From the NCBI GenBank assembly GCA_951406725.2, contig OX597831.1, positions 57,102,001-57,166,000 of the forward strand: a DNA stretch of 64,000 nucleotides, read 5' to 3'. Position numbers and translations under genes: made by a program. Position 1 is the first letter of the stretch. The number at the start of each line of letters is the position of its first letter. Below are positions 44,401 through 57,468 of this stretch, one piece after another. Under the pieces are notes generated by a model. That model saw only the letters and a program-made list of their open reading frames with translations. It was not told where the DNA came from and did no database searches. The stretch is from Octopus vulgaris (lineage: Eukaryota).

Positions 44401-44559
44401 AGTTTACCGCTTAAACAGGGTCACAGTTATTGCGTAAAGTTGTCGAATGACAAAAATATATATAAAAAAAAAGACATGGGAATATAGCAGATGAATAACT
44501 CGTCCTTAAAATGCGTAAACATTTGGAATAACCGATATCAAAGCAGTAAACATTCGGAG

Positions 44560-44790
44560 GCTGTAAAATTCCAAATTCTTGTTCGTCGAGGATATAAACA
44601 AATATATTCAGATTGTAAAACTAGAACAAACTGCCCTGATATTCCCATTAAAACGAAACGAAGGTCTTTTACACTGATTGATTTAACATGTCCATTTGAT
44701 GTGAGCACATCGTTGTAGCCTGTAAAGTAGCTATAAAAATAAATAGAAACATTTGTAATTGACGCTTACAGAAACGAAAGGATTAAATTC
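44560..44790 (+). mobile_element. Degenerate restriction-like-endonuclease LINE remnant
   Basis: NCPDIPIKTKRRSFTLIDLTCPFD resembles the RPD...(L/I)ID(L/V)TCP motif of RLE-type non-LTR elements. Confidence 0.55.
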
Positions 44791-45166
44791 TGAAAATCTA
44801 AAGATGGCGATATAATCTCTCATTTAACAGCCTCGTTGCTGGTTAGTTGTTATAGGTTTACCACCAATGGAGTGTAAGAATAGCAAATATAGACGCAGCG
44901 TGGTTGAATATTTGGGAAGTTCGCCTAGCAATAGCAAGGTCGTGGATTCGATCCCACTGACTGGTATTTTAGATTGTAAAAAAAAATTATATATATGAAT
45001 ATCTTCGGGCTGGCCTATGCGAAACTCAATGGATGGAAATAGTGCAGAAGCCCGTCGGCTGGATTTTATCCGTTATTATAATAATAATTCCACTTAAAAA
45101 TCTCTTTCAGGCTACACCTTTTTATTGAACGTTCGATCTCGTATACCCTAATTCAAATGAGTAAGT

Positions 45167-45611
45167 GGATCCTTTCGGTTTGAACGGCAGTTTTTTTCTA
45201 GCGGTGTCATATGAAATTGTCACCCATAATTATGACCCTAGAATCGATCTATTGCATTTCAATCTCTTTTAGGGTTAGGGTTAGTTAGGTTTAGGGTTAG
45301 GTTTAGGGTTAGGGGTGGGGGAAGGGTATCTTTTTTTCTTCACAAATGTAAATAAACCCAATCTGTTCCTTAAACAAGGGACATATTCATACGGCACAGA
45401 ATGCTTTTTAATTCAATAGACGTCACTGATTGGTTGAAATTGCAGAAATTGAAGAAAAAAAACAACAAATATCTTACAAACTATAGAATTTTCTCAATAA
45501 AGCCAAGAGAAAAAGATGTTTTATAAACACATTCTACCAGTATACGAAGTTTAAAATTTTTTAGTTACCTAGAAATTATGTTAAAAACTACCGTTCAAAC
45601 CAAAAAAATCT
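45167..45611 (+). mobile_element. MITE with ~28-bp TIRs, 8-bp TSD and internal (TTAGGG)-like repeats
   Basis: TIR GGATC(C/T)TTTCGGTTTGAACGGCAGTTTTT; flanks gagtaagt / gagtatgt (1 mismatch); ttagggttagggttag... at 45269-45314. Confidence 0.85.
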
Positions 45612-46163
45612 GAGTATGTATTTCAGTTGATCGAATATCTAAATACCCATCGTCCGAACTGAAGGAGATTCCATTTTCTAAGACACACACGCTCTCTTAC
45701 AATTCAAGCACCACAAATAAGCTGTAAAATTTGGGAATCTATAATATGCTATAGCAATTAAGTCCAGCACAGCTAGAAACATTTAAATTTTCGTCAAAAA
45801 CTAGAGAACTTATAAAGCGTGTTACACGGTTTCTGTAGCGTATAAGTGACAGAGATGGCAAGATTCCCTCTGAACGAGTCGCTGGTTCGTGGTAGAGCTC
45901 AAGACCAACAATTTTGAGGGAAGGGGCAGGTCAATGACATTGACCTCAGTACGTGATTCTTTTACTTGTTTCATCATTAACCTGCGGCCATGTTGGGCAT
46001 CACTTTGAAGGATTTTTAGCCGAACGAATTGACCCCAGTACTTTTTAGTTTTTAAAACCTGGTACTTATTCTATCGTTATCTTTTGCCGAACCGTTAAGT
46101 TATGGAGACGTAAACACACCTACACCAGTTGTCAAGCGGTGGGGAGGAAAAACAACTACAAAG

Positions 46164-46197
<34 letters not shown>

Positions 46198-47164
46198 ACA
46201 CACACGCGCACACACACGCACACACACACGCACACACACACACATACATACGAACACGACGGGCTTCTTTCCAATTCCACCAAATCCATTCACAAGGCTT
46301 TCATCCGACGCCATAGTAGAAGACACTTGTCTAACGTGTCACATAGTGGGGGTCGAACCCGGAACCATGTGGTTGGGAAGCAAACTTCTTACCTCACGTA
46401 ATTTATTTTATCAACTCCGAAAGGATGAAAGACAAAACTGCCCTGTGCGGGATGAGAATTCAGAACGTAAAGAGCCGCAAGAAATGCTGCTGTATATTTT
46501 GTCCAGCATGATAAAGGTTCTGTCAGCTCGCCGCCTTAAAATACCAAGAGTATCTATATAAAATAGTTTGTGAATTTGTTTAAGTTTATTTTTGTGAATA
46601 AGTTATATTACGAAAACTGTTGGTGGCTGATTTGGTAGGGTGTTTGCTTGCGTTCTATCATGACCAAGGCACTTAGCACTCATCAGCTTCACCTAACTAA
46701 TAAAAAAAGCTGTTATGAACTATCTACAGTAATAGTATCGTTTTGCCCAAGTCAGAATTAACTGACTTACCTTTTCTTAATTAGAAGGTTGGGTGTGATT
46801 AGCTACCATTTATTTGAAGTCGAGTGGTCTCATAAATGTTCCCTCGCAAGCTGGTGATTAGCTTTGTGAGCTTGCAGTGATAAGGTCAAATCGACCTGTA
46901 AGGCAGAAATCGATAACTTAGATGAATTCTTCGAAAATCATTTAAATATATGATATCTCTCGACACATCGCATTTATAAAGAGTAGTATGCAAAATAAAA
47001 GATGTACACTCAACATCGGCCCGTCCACTTTCTCTATTGCTCAATATCCTTGGTATGGTCAACGGTTTCATTACATCTAATGTAACGCTTAACCAGATAC
47101 TTTATCTACATATCTACAGATCATGATTGGTCTACTTTTCAAAAGTGATCCCTGCACTGCTTTT

Positions 47165-47790
47165 TGCGTATTACAAGGCTGTAGTCCTTACCACTCTCTT
47201 ATACGGCTCTCACTCTTGGGTCTTGTAGTGCTTGGAGAGGTTCCACCAACGCTGTCCGCAAGAAAGCTAGGACGACCAGTATCGAGGCCATTCTTATGAA
47301 GACACAGCAGCACTGGGCGAGGCATATCTCCTGTATAGGGAACCATTGCCTGCCAAAGATCGTACTCAATGGAAAACTGTCTTCTGGCTGTCAAAATAGC
47401 AGTGCGCCCAAGAAACGGTATAAAACATGCTAAAAAAAAAGCATGTCTTATACCGCTTCTCAAATGCATCGTGATTTTGACAGCTAGAAGACAACCCTCC
47501 GTAAAAAAGACCCTGAACGTTTTGTTACATCGTTCCCCGCCAGTGGGCCACTCAAGCTGCTAACCGCAATGCTTAGCGCCACACCATCCAGCAGGCCACC
47601 AGCGCATTTGAGGCAAACCGTCGTGTCAGCCAGGAGGAGAGGAGAGCCCGAGGAAAGGGCTGTATTAGGGCGGAGCCAAGCACACCACAAACATTTCCCT
47701 GCGGTCGCTGTGGACGGATCTGCCGATCGCGGATCGGTTACATGAGTTACTAGCATGCATACATGCGGGATGGGCGAAGTCATCGCCTAG
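47165..47790 (+). mobile_element. RTE (BovB-like) LINE 3' ORF fragment, decayed
   Basis: YKAVVLTTLLYGSHSWVL..LERFHQRC..TTSIEAILMKTQQHWARHIS..HCLPKIVLNGKL...APKKRYK and a terminal zinc finger FPCGRCGRICRSRIG; contains stops and frameshifts. Confidence 0.85.
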
Positions 47791-48791
47791 AAATTACTAC
47801 TTGTGCTCGTAACAGCCATCTTAGGGAACATTATATATATTCCTTTTCCTTTCTACTGAAAGCACAGGGTGTATAATTTGGTAGGGGGGGGGGGCAAGAC
47901 GGTCACATCGATATTAGCGCTCAACTGGTAGGTATTTTATAGATACTGAAAGAATGAAAGTCAAAGTTGTTCTCAGTGGTATTTGAACTTATAATCAGAG
48001 CCGGAAGAGATGCCAGGTGTGCTAATGATTCTGCCAGTTCGCCGCCTAAAGAACGACATAAAATGATATATAAGACACTCAGCGCTTTTTCTGATTTTGT
48101 TATTTTGTGTGTAATGGCGGATATCATCTAAATACAAACATTAAATCTTGTTTCACGAAAAGTCATGGCGGACATTACAAAAGCGTTCAAAATAAATTTG
48201 TTGCTATCGCTTCTAGTCTATCAATTAAGTGAGGTGAAAATATGTTTTTGTCTTTTCGTGAAGCCATAAATATTCCGATAATATTACAGGAGACGACAGC
48301 AAATTTGAAATATGGATTTATAGTTACTATTCTGAGAATTAGAATATTTATTTCAAATAAATTTAGTGAAATCCAATACTATATAGTCCTTTTTGAAGTC
48401 TAAATGTTATTTTGTAGCAATATTTTTCAGTTGAGACCTCCTTTTCTTGAAATTTAAATATCTGTTACAAACTTATTTTCAGCTAAGTTTCAACCTTTAA
48501 AAAGATTTATGGTATTTTTCATAAATGTCGTAAATTTTTGTAAAAAATTAGTCAAAGAAAATAAAAATTGATAGACCATCAATATTTAAACACAATCTAA
48601 ATGGATATCACAGGCTTGAATTTTATGTACGTTTGCATGTGTGTCAGTGTGTTTTTATACATACACATCGGTTTGTGTGTATGTATGTAGATATGTTTGT
48701 GCACGTATACATATATGTTTGTATGAGAGCCTGATATTTATACACATACACTTAGATATATTATATATATGTATGTGTATGTTTGTATATA

Positions 48792-48856
<65 letters not shown>

Positions 48857-48868
48857 ATATATATAAAT

Positions 48869-48899
<31 letters not shown>

Positions 48900-48938
48900 A
48901 TATACTTTATTTAAAAGCAGCAGAAATTTAACAAAAGC

Positions 48939-48974
48939 TGTTACTCGGAGTTTCACGTTCCCGTTCGTCGGACA
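48939..48974 (-). ncRNA. 36-nt minimal hammerhead motif, U4C core variant
   Basis: Minus strand tgt-CCGACGA-acg ggaa cgt-GAAA-ctccgag-TA-aca; all three stems pair perfectly. Confidence 0.7.
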
Positions 48975-49407
48975 ATATATATATATATATTCATATATGT
49001 ATATCTATTTATGTTTATATATGTGTATGTACCTATGTATGTATGTATATGTATGCACATAAGTGTGAATCGCAATGTAGAGTAATTGTTAAGACGTTCA
49101 GTTCGTAACTTCGAGGTCCAGGATTCGATCCCAGTCTTCAATCTTGAGTAAATGTCATTTTATAGCCGAGAATTACTCCAGATTGTATCTGTAATTCAAA
49201 GGTCCAGCATTGTCACTCACTGTGTCACATTTATTCTGCTTGATAATTAATTTAAGGTTATATGGTGATCCCATTATATATGTATATACACCCCCCACAC
49301 ACCCACACATACACACACACCCACACATACACACACACACACACACGCACGCATATATATATAAATATAGGCGCAGATGTGGCTGTGTGGTAAGAAGCTT
49401 GCTTCCC

Positions 49408-49662
49408 CGGGGTTTGGGTGACAGCAGAGTCAGGCTCCTCAATGTCAAAATTCTGCTTGCAGCTGATTGGCTGGGGTCAAAAGCAGTTTTGACCCTGTGG
49501 ACCCAATCAGCCAAGAATCTGGTGTTTCCAGATTTTCTGAAGATGGCCGGTAGTAGGTATCCGGTGGTTCTTGAGGGACGCCCCCCAAATGTCACATGTG
49601 CCTGGAACCAGGCCACATTAAAAAGAAATGTCCCCAGGACCAAAGTAAGGCCCTGGAACAGT
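49408..49662 (+). mobile_element. Tx1/L1-like ORF1 fragment with CCHC zinc knuckle, fused to a SINE head
   Basis: YPVVLEGRPP, then a frameshift in the C-run, then KCHMCLEPGHIKKKCP (CX2CX4HX4C). Preceded at 49369-49408 by the 5' end of the family-B SINE. Confidence 0.6.
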
Positions 49663-50150
49663 TAGTTATAGAAGAACCCCCCCCCATCTCCTCATTCGCC
49701 TATAAAAAGATATTCATTACACGTTCAAAATAGAATAAAGTAGGTATCGAAAGCTATTCTTTCATGTACATCCCTTCCCGCCTAGCCAAAAAAGCATAAC
49801 CGAAAACCTCTAAGAAGCTTCCAACTGGAATATGATTTCCAGTCCCCGAACAGCTAAGATACGCCCAATCCCAAACAGCAGCAAACCTGCTCTATTGTCA
49901 ACAGGATCCCTAGTTAGTTTCCATATCCTTCTACCCGCTACAAGTCAACCAGCAAATGTATCTGAGAATTAATATACTTATATTTACTTTCACTTTTAAA
50001 CTGCATTGATCAAGTTCGTATAATTTCAAATATCTATGAAATAAACAACAGTCTGTTTTGAATTATCAGTCGCGATAAAAAGAGGGAAACGTGAAAATCT
50101 GGAGAAACGACAAAAGGGAAATTTCGGCTTTGAATAAATGTGTAAAGCCT

Positions 50151-50183
<33 letters not shown>

Positions 50184-50305
50184 GAGAGAGAGATAGTATG
50201 TATTACTTTTGCGTTCGTAAAAGCAGTACAAAGGTGTGTGTGTGTGTGTATGTGTGTGTATGTGTGCGTATGCGTGTGTGTGTGCGTGTGTGTATGCGCG
50301 CGTGT

Positions 50306-50353
<48 letters not shown>

Positions 50354-50526
50354 ATGTGTGTGTGTATGTGTGGGTGTGTGTGTGTGAGAGAGTGTGTACG
50401 TGCTCGCGTGTGTCCTAGAATGCAGAAATATACTCATGCGTATAGATATATTTGTGTGTATCAATAAAGTTTGTGGCCTGCCTGCTTACCTACCTACCTA
50501 CCTACCTACCTACCCACCTACCTACC

Positions 50527-50560
<34 letters not shown>

Positions 50561-50566
50561 CGTACA

Positions 50567-50630
<64 letters not shown>

Positions 50631-50635
50631 CATAC

Positions 50636-50680
<45 letters not shown>

Positions 50681-50683
50681 TAT

Positions 50684-50760
<77 letters not shown>

Positions 50761-50794
50761 CATATATATATATACATACATATATATATATATC

Positions 50795-50826
<32 letters not shown>

Positions 50827-51639
50827 CAGGGGTATAGGGAAAGAAACAGAGAGAGAGAGAGGAAGAGAGAGGATGACAGAAAGACAGACAGGCAGAGACT
50901 AAGGAAGACGATAGCCACAAAAATATTTGCGAAAAAATCAACAAAATGTATTCAAAATTTCGGTCACAAAAGACCTTATTGATGAATAGAAATATGCATG
51001 ATATTTCGCTATTCACAACAGTCTTTTCTAGCTAAAATATTGAATAAATTCTCTTTTATTCTTTCATTCCTTCATTTGAATTGTTGTAGTAGCTTGTACA
51101 TTATAATATACAGACCTTTTGCATCATTAAAACTCTTTCAAAGATATTTACATATTTATAATTATGCATATGTATTATGAAACATATACAGGCACATGTG
51201 ATTATACTCTTGATTAATACACGCACACACGGATGCACACACATGCACGCACATACACAAACACGCATCCGCGCGCACACACACACACATGAACACACAA
51301 GATTTGTGCGTAAGTGCGTGAGTGTGTATATATATGTGACTGTGAATGTTTCGGTATTTGTCTTTATACAAGCTAGCTCATGAATGATTTGCGTGGCTAA
51401 TTCGCTGATTAGACAAATCACCATAAAATTTAGACATCATCCCTCAATATAAATACAGACAGATACACAGACGCACAGACACACACACACACACATATAT
51501 ATGTAAGTGAGATAATATATATATATGTATATGTATATATATATATGTATGTGCATATGCAAGTGAGATAATAGTTTCAGTATTAATAGTGAAACTATTA
51601 AAACTGAAAGTACTATCTCACATTACAACAGAGATGTTA

Positions 51640-51850
51640 ATGTTTCACTTTTGACACGTAATACTGAAATAGTGTAAGAGATAAGAGATTACTCCGGGCT
51701 CGCATTAGGCAAGACGTTGAAAATGATTTTGGCCTATGACACTGCATGGACCCTAAGTAATGCATGTGTAAAATTTGAATAAAATGGGTTGGGTAGTTCT
51801 CGAGTTTTACTGGTACACACGACAGACAGACACACATTTTCTGTTATATA
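51640..51850 (-). mobile_element. Helitron-like 5' fragment
   Basis: Minus strand tataacagaaaatgtgtgtctgtctgtc...caacccattttattcaaattttacacatgcat has the same architecture as the 5' part of 4430-4807. Confidence 0.5.
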
Positions 51851-51929
51851 TATATGTGTGTTTGTGTGTGTGTATAATATAATTTATATTATATATATGA
51901 TATATATTATATATATGTATATATATATA

Positions 51930-51976
<47 letters not shown>

Positions 51977-54254
51977 GTGTATATATATATATTTTATGTA
52001 TATATATATATATATACATATTTGTGTGTGTACACTCATGCATGTGTATACACAGATACATACACACATATATATATAATTTGTGTGTGTATGTATGTAT
52101 ATATACGTACGTATACAATTTTAATGGTTAGTGATAAAATACTGAGCATAGAAAGAACCACATGAACTACTAATACAGGTATATCAGATACCATACAACA
52201 TAAGTTCTTGATTTATCAAAATTATCCCCGCCTCTGTATGATAATTACCAAATGGCAATTAAGATATAATAAAGCGAGATGATCTCAAGAATCTAGAATT
52301 CTCTGAAGTTGACATGGACTTAAAGAAAAAGACAGGTTTGTTGTTAAGAGATAGCAGTCGACCCGTTTCCTTAATGACATGTTAGTTTTAGAGAATACTT
52401 GATCTTGTGATTATCTTCCCTTCTCAGCTGGAGCTGGTCTCCATTACTATTTGGTAATTGTGATACATTCTCTAAAGGTAAAGATAGCTGTAATAGATCA
52501 AAAATTCATATGGCATGGTATTTAATATATCTGCGAGCTAATTGAATCGTTAGCACGTCGGCCGAGGCCGACGTCGCTGGAATCTACTATGGCGCCTGAG
52601 ATAGTGGCAAAATTGCTGCATAATTTTTTGTCACTTAAATCCAATAACAATTCATTTCATTTCTTGAGTCCATTTTGTATTTTATAAAGTCCTATGGCGT
52701 GGTAACGTGTAAAATCACATCCGCGCGCATACAAGAATAAAAAAAAAAGAAAGAAAGTACAATGAGTCTGAATGTGAGACAGCTGACAAGATGAGGCAAT
52801 TATCTTGTCTGATGATAGCCGTATATAGTAAGTATGTATACATGCAAATGCACATAATACATACATACATACATACATACATACATACATACATACATAC
52901 ATACATACATACATACATACATACATACATACATACAGACATACACACAGGCATAAAGTAGCCAATGGGTTCGGCATTGCTGACGATAAGTATTCTAGTT
53001 GCTCAATCAATAAATGTGCCAGTTCATTGAATAATTGCATGACTGGTTGAGTATTCCACAGACACTTGCACCGTTAACGTAAAGCCTAGAAGCAATTAGC
53101 CTGACATTGTGTGTGATGATAGTGACCTTTTGAATTACAGGTGCAGTTTATCCTATGTGCTTCGTCGTTTCCGTCAACCTAGTCTCTCTCAAAAAGGCTT
53201 GGGTCGACCGAGATTATGGTAAGAGAAAACTTTTTTGATATGACACAGCCAGTGCCGTCGACTGCAAAGCCTCGTTATTATAGAGCGGTGTTTTTAACTA
53301 CTCTTCCATATATATGGATACATCCTGGTTCTATTGTGCTTTTTGTACGGCCATCAGGACAATTCTTCCGGCAAATAGCCTTGTCGATGATTTTAGCAAC
53401 AATGTCGTGTCTCACGAGAAAATAATGTATTTATAGCCATTTTTGGACAGCTGCTGATGATGCGCGTGACATGTTTCACATTGGTATGGCAGATTAGGGA
53501 GGTAGTTATGATTAAAAGAGAACCTACCGCGTAGTTCCTTTAACCATATTGTATCATATTGTATTACTCGTTTTTATTCCCTGTTTTTCACGATTTTGAT
53601 GATATGGCCTTTTGTGCTGCAATATATTACTTGTGGGTTTAATACAAAGCTGCAATTGATAGTTCTATGATCTAATAGTTTTTTACTACTTGCAGTTCGT
53701 ATGAAAGGGTTATTAGTTTACTCGTTAGTATCTCCTGTCATTAATTTCCGAAAACCTTAGCTAGTTTGTCATAAATTCGCAGTTGGTGATTTGCTCTGTA
53801 CTTAATTATAGTATACGATTCTATATTTTCAGAGTCTGTCGACATTTGTCTGGAGACAGGCCATCTATTTTGGTTAGAGTTTCTCTTTGCGATCGATGTC
53901 TGTAATTCCTGTCAGTTGGCAGATGGTAATTGCAACACAGTGTAGTAAGATATTCAATATCCAATATTTGGGAGCCTCATTCTGTGCTAGATGTTCCTTA
54001 GCAATTTGATCGATCGTTCATCACATCAAATCGGTGGGTTTCCTATTGATTCATGTCGTAGCCGTTATTTTAAGCAGTTGTTTATTGATATACATAGCGA
54101 ATTATTGGTTGAGTGTTGCTGTGAGCTGCGTTTTGAGTTGTTAATATTCTCCACTCGTTGCTGTTTGTTCAAAAGTAGCTACCACTCGTCCCTTTAATGG
54201 TGACAGACTTGTTTCAGTGCGACGGTCATTGTTGTCATCGTACATTGTTGATGA

Positions 54255-54577
54255 GGATCTTTTCGGTTTGAACGGCAGTTTTTAACATAATTTCTAGGTA
54301 ACTAAAAAATTTTAAACTTCGTATACTGGAAAAATGTGTTTATAAAACATCTTTTTCTCTTGGCTTTATTGAGAAAATTCTATAGTTTGTAAGATATTTG
54401 TTGTTTTTTTTCTTCAGTTTCTGCAATTTCAACCAATCAATACCCTTCCCCCACCCCTAACTAACCCTAACCCTAAAAGAGATTGAAATGCAATAGATCG
54501 ATTCTAGGGTCATAATTATGGGTGACAATTTCACATGACACCGCTAGAAAAAACTGCCGTTCAAACCGAAAAGATCC
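54255..54577 (-). mobile_element. Second, internally deleted copy of the TTAGGG-bearing MITE
   Basis: Perfect TIRs GGATCTTTTCGGTTTGAACGGCAGTTTTT; perfect 8-bp TSD gttgatga (54247-54254 and 54578-54585); reverse complement of 45167-45611 lacking ~120 bp. Confidence 0.9.
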
Positions 54578-54812
54578 GTTGATGACCGTATTATTTACAG
54601 TCTTCTACCTTTTATCTTTTATCTTTTACTTGTTTTAGTCATTAGACTGCAGCCATGCTGGGGCATTATCATGAAGAATACTTAGTCGAATGTATCGACT
54701 CCAATATGTATCGACTTATTTATTTTGAGGTCTGGCACTTATATCTGTCTCTTTTGCCGAACAAGCGACATAAACACGTCAACAACGGCTCTCAAGTAGT
54801 GTCGGGCGGGAT

Positions 54813-54883
<71 letters not shown>

Positions 54884-55000
54884 TATATTATAGTTTTTAG
54901 TGAATAGTAATTACTATACGGAAAATGAGTAGCCTTCTTATGCCGATGTATTCGACGCCATATTATGTACTTATGTATGAATGTATGTATTATCTGTACA

Positions 55001-55073
<73 letters not shown>

Positions 55074-55338
55074 GCACACACACACGCACGCACACACACA
55101 CATATGCACACACACACGCATATATGTATGCATACACACATTATACATATATAAATCTGTATCTATAAATATGTGCATGTATTTATGTATCTATCCATCC
55201 ATCTATATATGCGTGTGTGTATGTGTGTGTGTGTGTATAATTGTATACGATACATACTTATACATACGCACATAGACATATATATATAAGTATATATGCA
55301 TGGACACATGCATATATATATACATATATATATGTATG

Positions 55339-55388
<50 letters not shown>

Positions 55389-55980
55389 TATATATACACA
55401 CATGCATACATACGTAAATATATGTAATCATAGAGAAGCCTAATCATATAATCTTGCCGCCACGGGGGAGACATGACTGTATGAAATAGCAATTGTTCGT
55501 CTAATTTCTAATTTTAATAATGACGTTGGTTATTTCTGAGCGATTGCCTGTGATACTTGCCAGTGAATTTGCATCCTATTCTTTTTCCATTGTGTTTTCT
55601 TTTTTATCCTTTCTATGATAAAAATAAGGCTGTGACATTTACTGTAATCAGGACGTACAAATATATACCACTTCCGTTTCTCTTTCGACGCTCTTTCGTT
55701 GAAATAGATACATATTATTATCTCTATCATATATTTGGTGTGTTGGCTTGCCAAAAAACAAAACAAAAAACTAAACGCATAAGAGCCATCGAGTTCGCCT
55801 CTGTCTTGTTGCTTTTGTTGCAAAAGGATACACTAGAGTTTGTGGGCAAACGTGAAGTACTCTTACCTCAATGTGTTTTCTTAAGCCATTTGCCTTTACA
55901 TTATACTGTCAAATGTATTGCTTATTTTACTCAAATTTCGTTTTTCGATTTGGTTTGCAAGATTCTTTATATGAGTTCGT

Positions 55981-56303
55981 GTGTTAAAGCAAATTCTGTT
56001 GTGTCTGGGGAGAGTCATTTTCTTTTTGTGCCTTATAATGTAACACACTCACCGGTAAAATTTCCACTTCTTTCTTACTTTTATTTCCCTAAAATTTTCG
56101 TTGCGTCTTGCAATCTGTTCAAGAGTCAAGACTATTGAAAAGGTTACAAGACGCAACGAAAATTTTAGGAAAATAAAAATAAGAAATGTGGAAATTTTAG
56201 ACTATTGAAAAGGTTGCAAGACGCAACGAAAATTTTAGGAAAATAAAAATAAGTGGAAATTTTACCGGTGACTCTCCCCAGACACAACAGAATTTGTGTT
56301 AAC
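55981..56303. repeat. Near spacer-less foldback palindrome with a ~70-bp tandem duplication in the right arm
   Basis: caaattctgttgtgtctggggagagtca...cctaaaattttcgttgcgtcttgcaa pairs with ttgcaagacgcaacgaaaattttagg (x2)...tgactctccccagacacaacagaatttg. Confidence 0.85.
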
Positions 56304-56827
56304 AACAAACAAGATGAGGACAAATATCCGTCAAATTTAAATAATGTAAATAATATTAATGATTTCAAATTTTGGCATAAGGCCAGCAGTACTTGAGTGG
56401 AGGGGAAAGTCGATTACATCGATCTCAGCAAATGACTGGTATTTATTTCATTGACTGTCAAGGATGAAAGGCAAAGTGAAGTTCGGAATTTGAACTCAGA
56501 GCGTACGCAAGCGGACGAAATGCAATAATGAAATTGAAAATGAAAAAAAAAAAAAAACAATTAAAAATGATTAACGGTATTAATAATAATAATGATACAG
56601 TCTCAAGTATGACCACGTGGTTAAGCTTGTTTTCGATTCATGTGGTTTCAGGTTCAGCCCCACCACGTGGCACCTTGGGCTGATGAAAGCCCTGTGAGAA
56701 TTTGGCCGACGGAGTACGAAAGAGGCTTGTCACAAAAGTGTGCACGAGCGCATGTGCGAGAGTTCTTGTCTTGACATCGGTTGTAAATGTGACGGTTGTA
56801 AACAATTGTTATTAATAATTACACACG

Positions 56828-56886
<59 letters not shown>

Positions 56887-57000
56887 CCCATATCCCAAAG
56901 GGATGAAAGCAAAGTCAATCCCAGGCGGAATTTGAAGTCATAAAGGAAAGATGGACGAAATGCGATAAAGAAAATATAAGAAATAAAATAACAATATTAA

Positions 57001-57112
<112 letters not shown>

Positions 57113-57279
57113 CATATACATACATACATACACGCACACATACATACATACACATACATACATACATACATACATACATACATACATGTTATTGTAGAGA
57201 TGTTGTTTTCGTTGTTGTTTAGTACCAGGTTAACCCGGATCAAATTTTAAGCCAAGAACTACATTCCAACATATACTTC

Positions 57280-57468
57280 TAGCGGTATTTCGTCTGCCGT
57301 TACGTTCTGAGTTCAAATTCTGCCGAGGTCGACTTTGCTTTTCATCTTTTCGGGGTCGATAAATTAAGTACCAGTTACGCACTGGGGTCGATGTAATCGA
57401 CTTAATCCGTTTGTCTGTCCTTGTTTGTCCTCTCTATGTGTAGCCCCTTGTGGGCAATAAAGAAATAA
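57280..57468 (+). mobile_element. Family-A SINE, 5'-truncated (further partial copies at ~15965-16135, 19055-19220, 23310-23462, 46400-46540, 47880-48050, 56360-56525, 58530-58722, 59805-60010, 62995-63200)
   Basis: Near-identical core and ttaatccgtttgtctgtccttgtttgtcc...taaagaaata tail. Confidence 0.85.

Noticed and set aside
45269-45314. TTAGGG repeats as a telomere or chromosome-fusion scar
   Set aside because: Short, internal to a MITE with TIRs and TSD, and present in the second copy.
55557-56138. 193-aa plus-strand ORF
   Set aside because: Non-ATG start, F/L/Y-rich composition from T-rich DNA, runs into a palindromic repeat, no recognisable domain.
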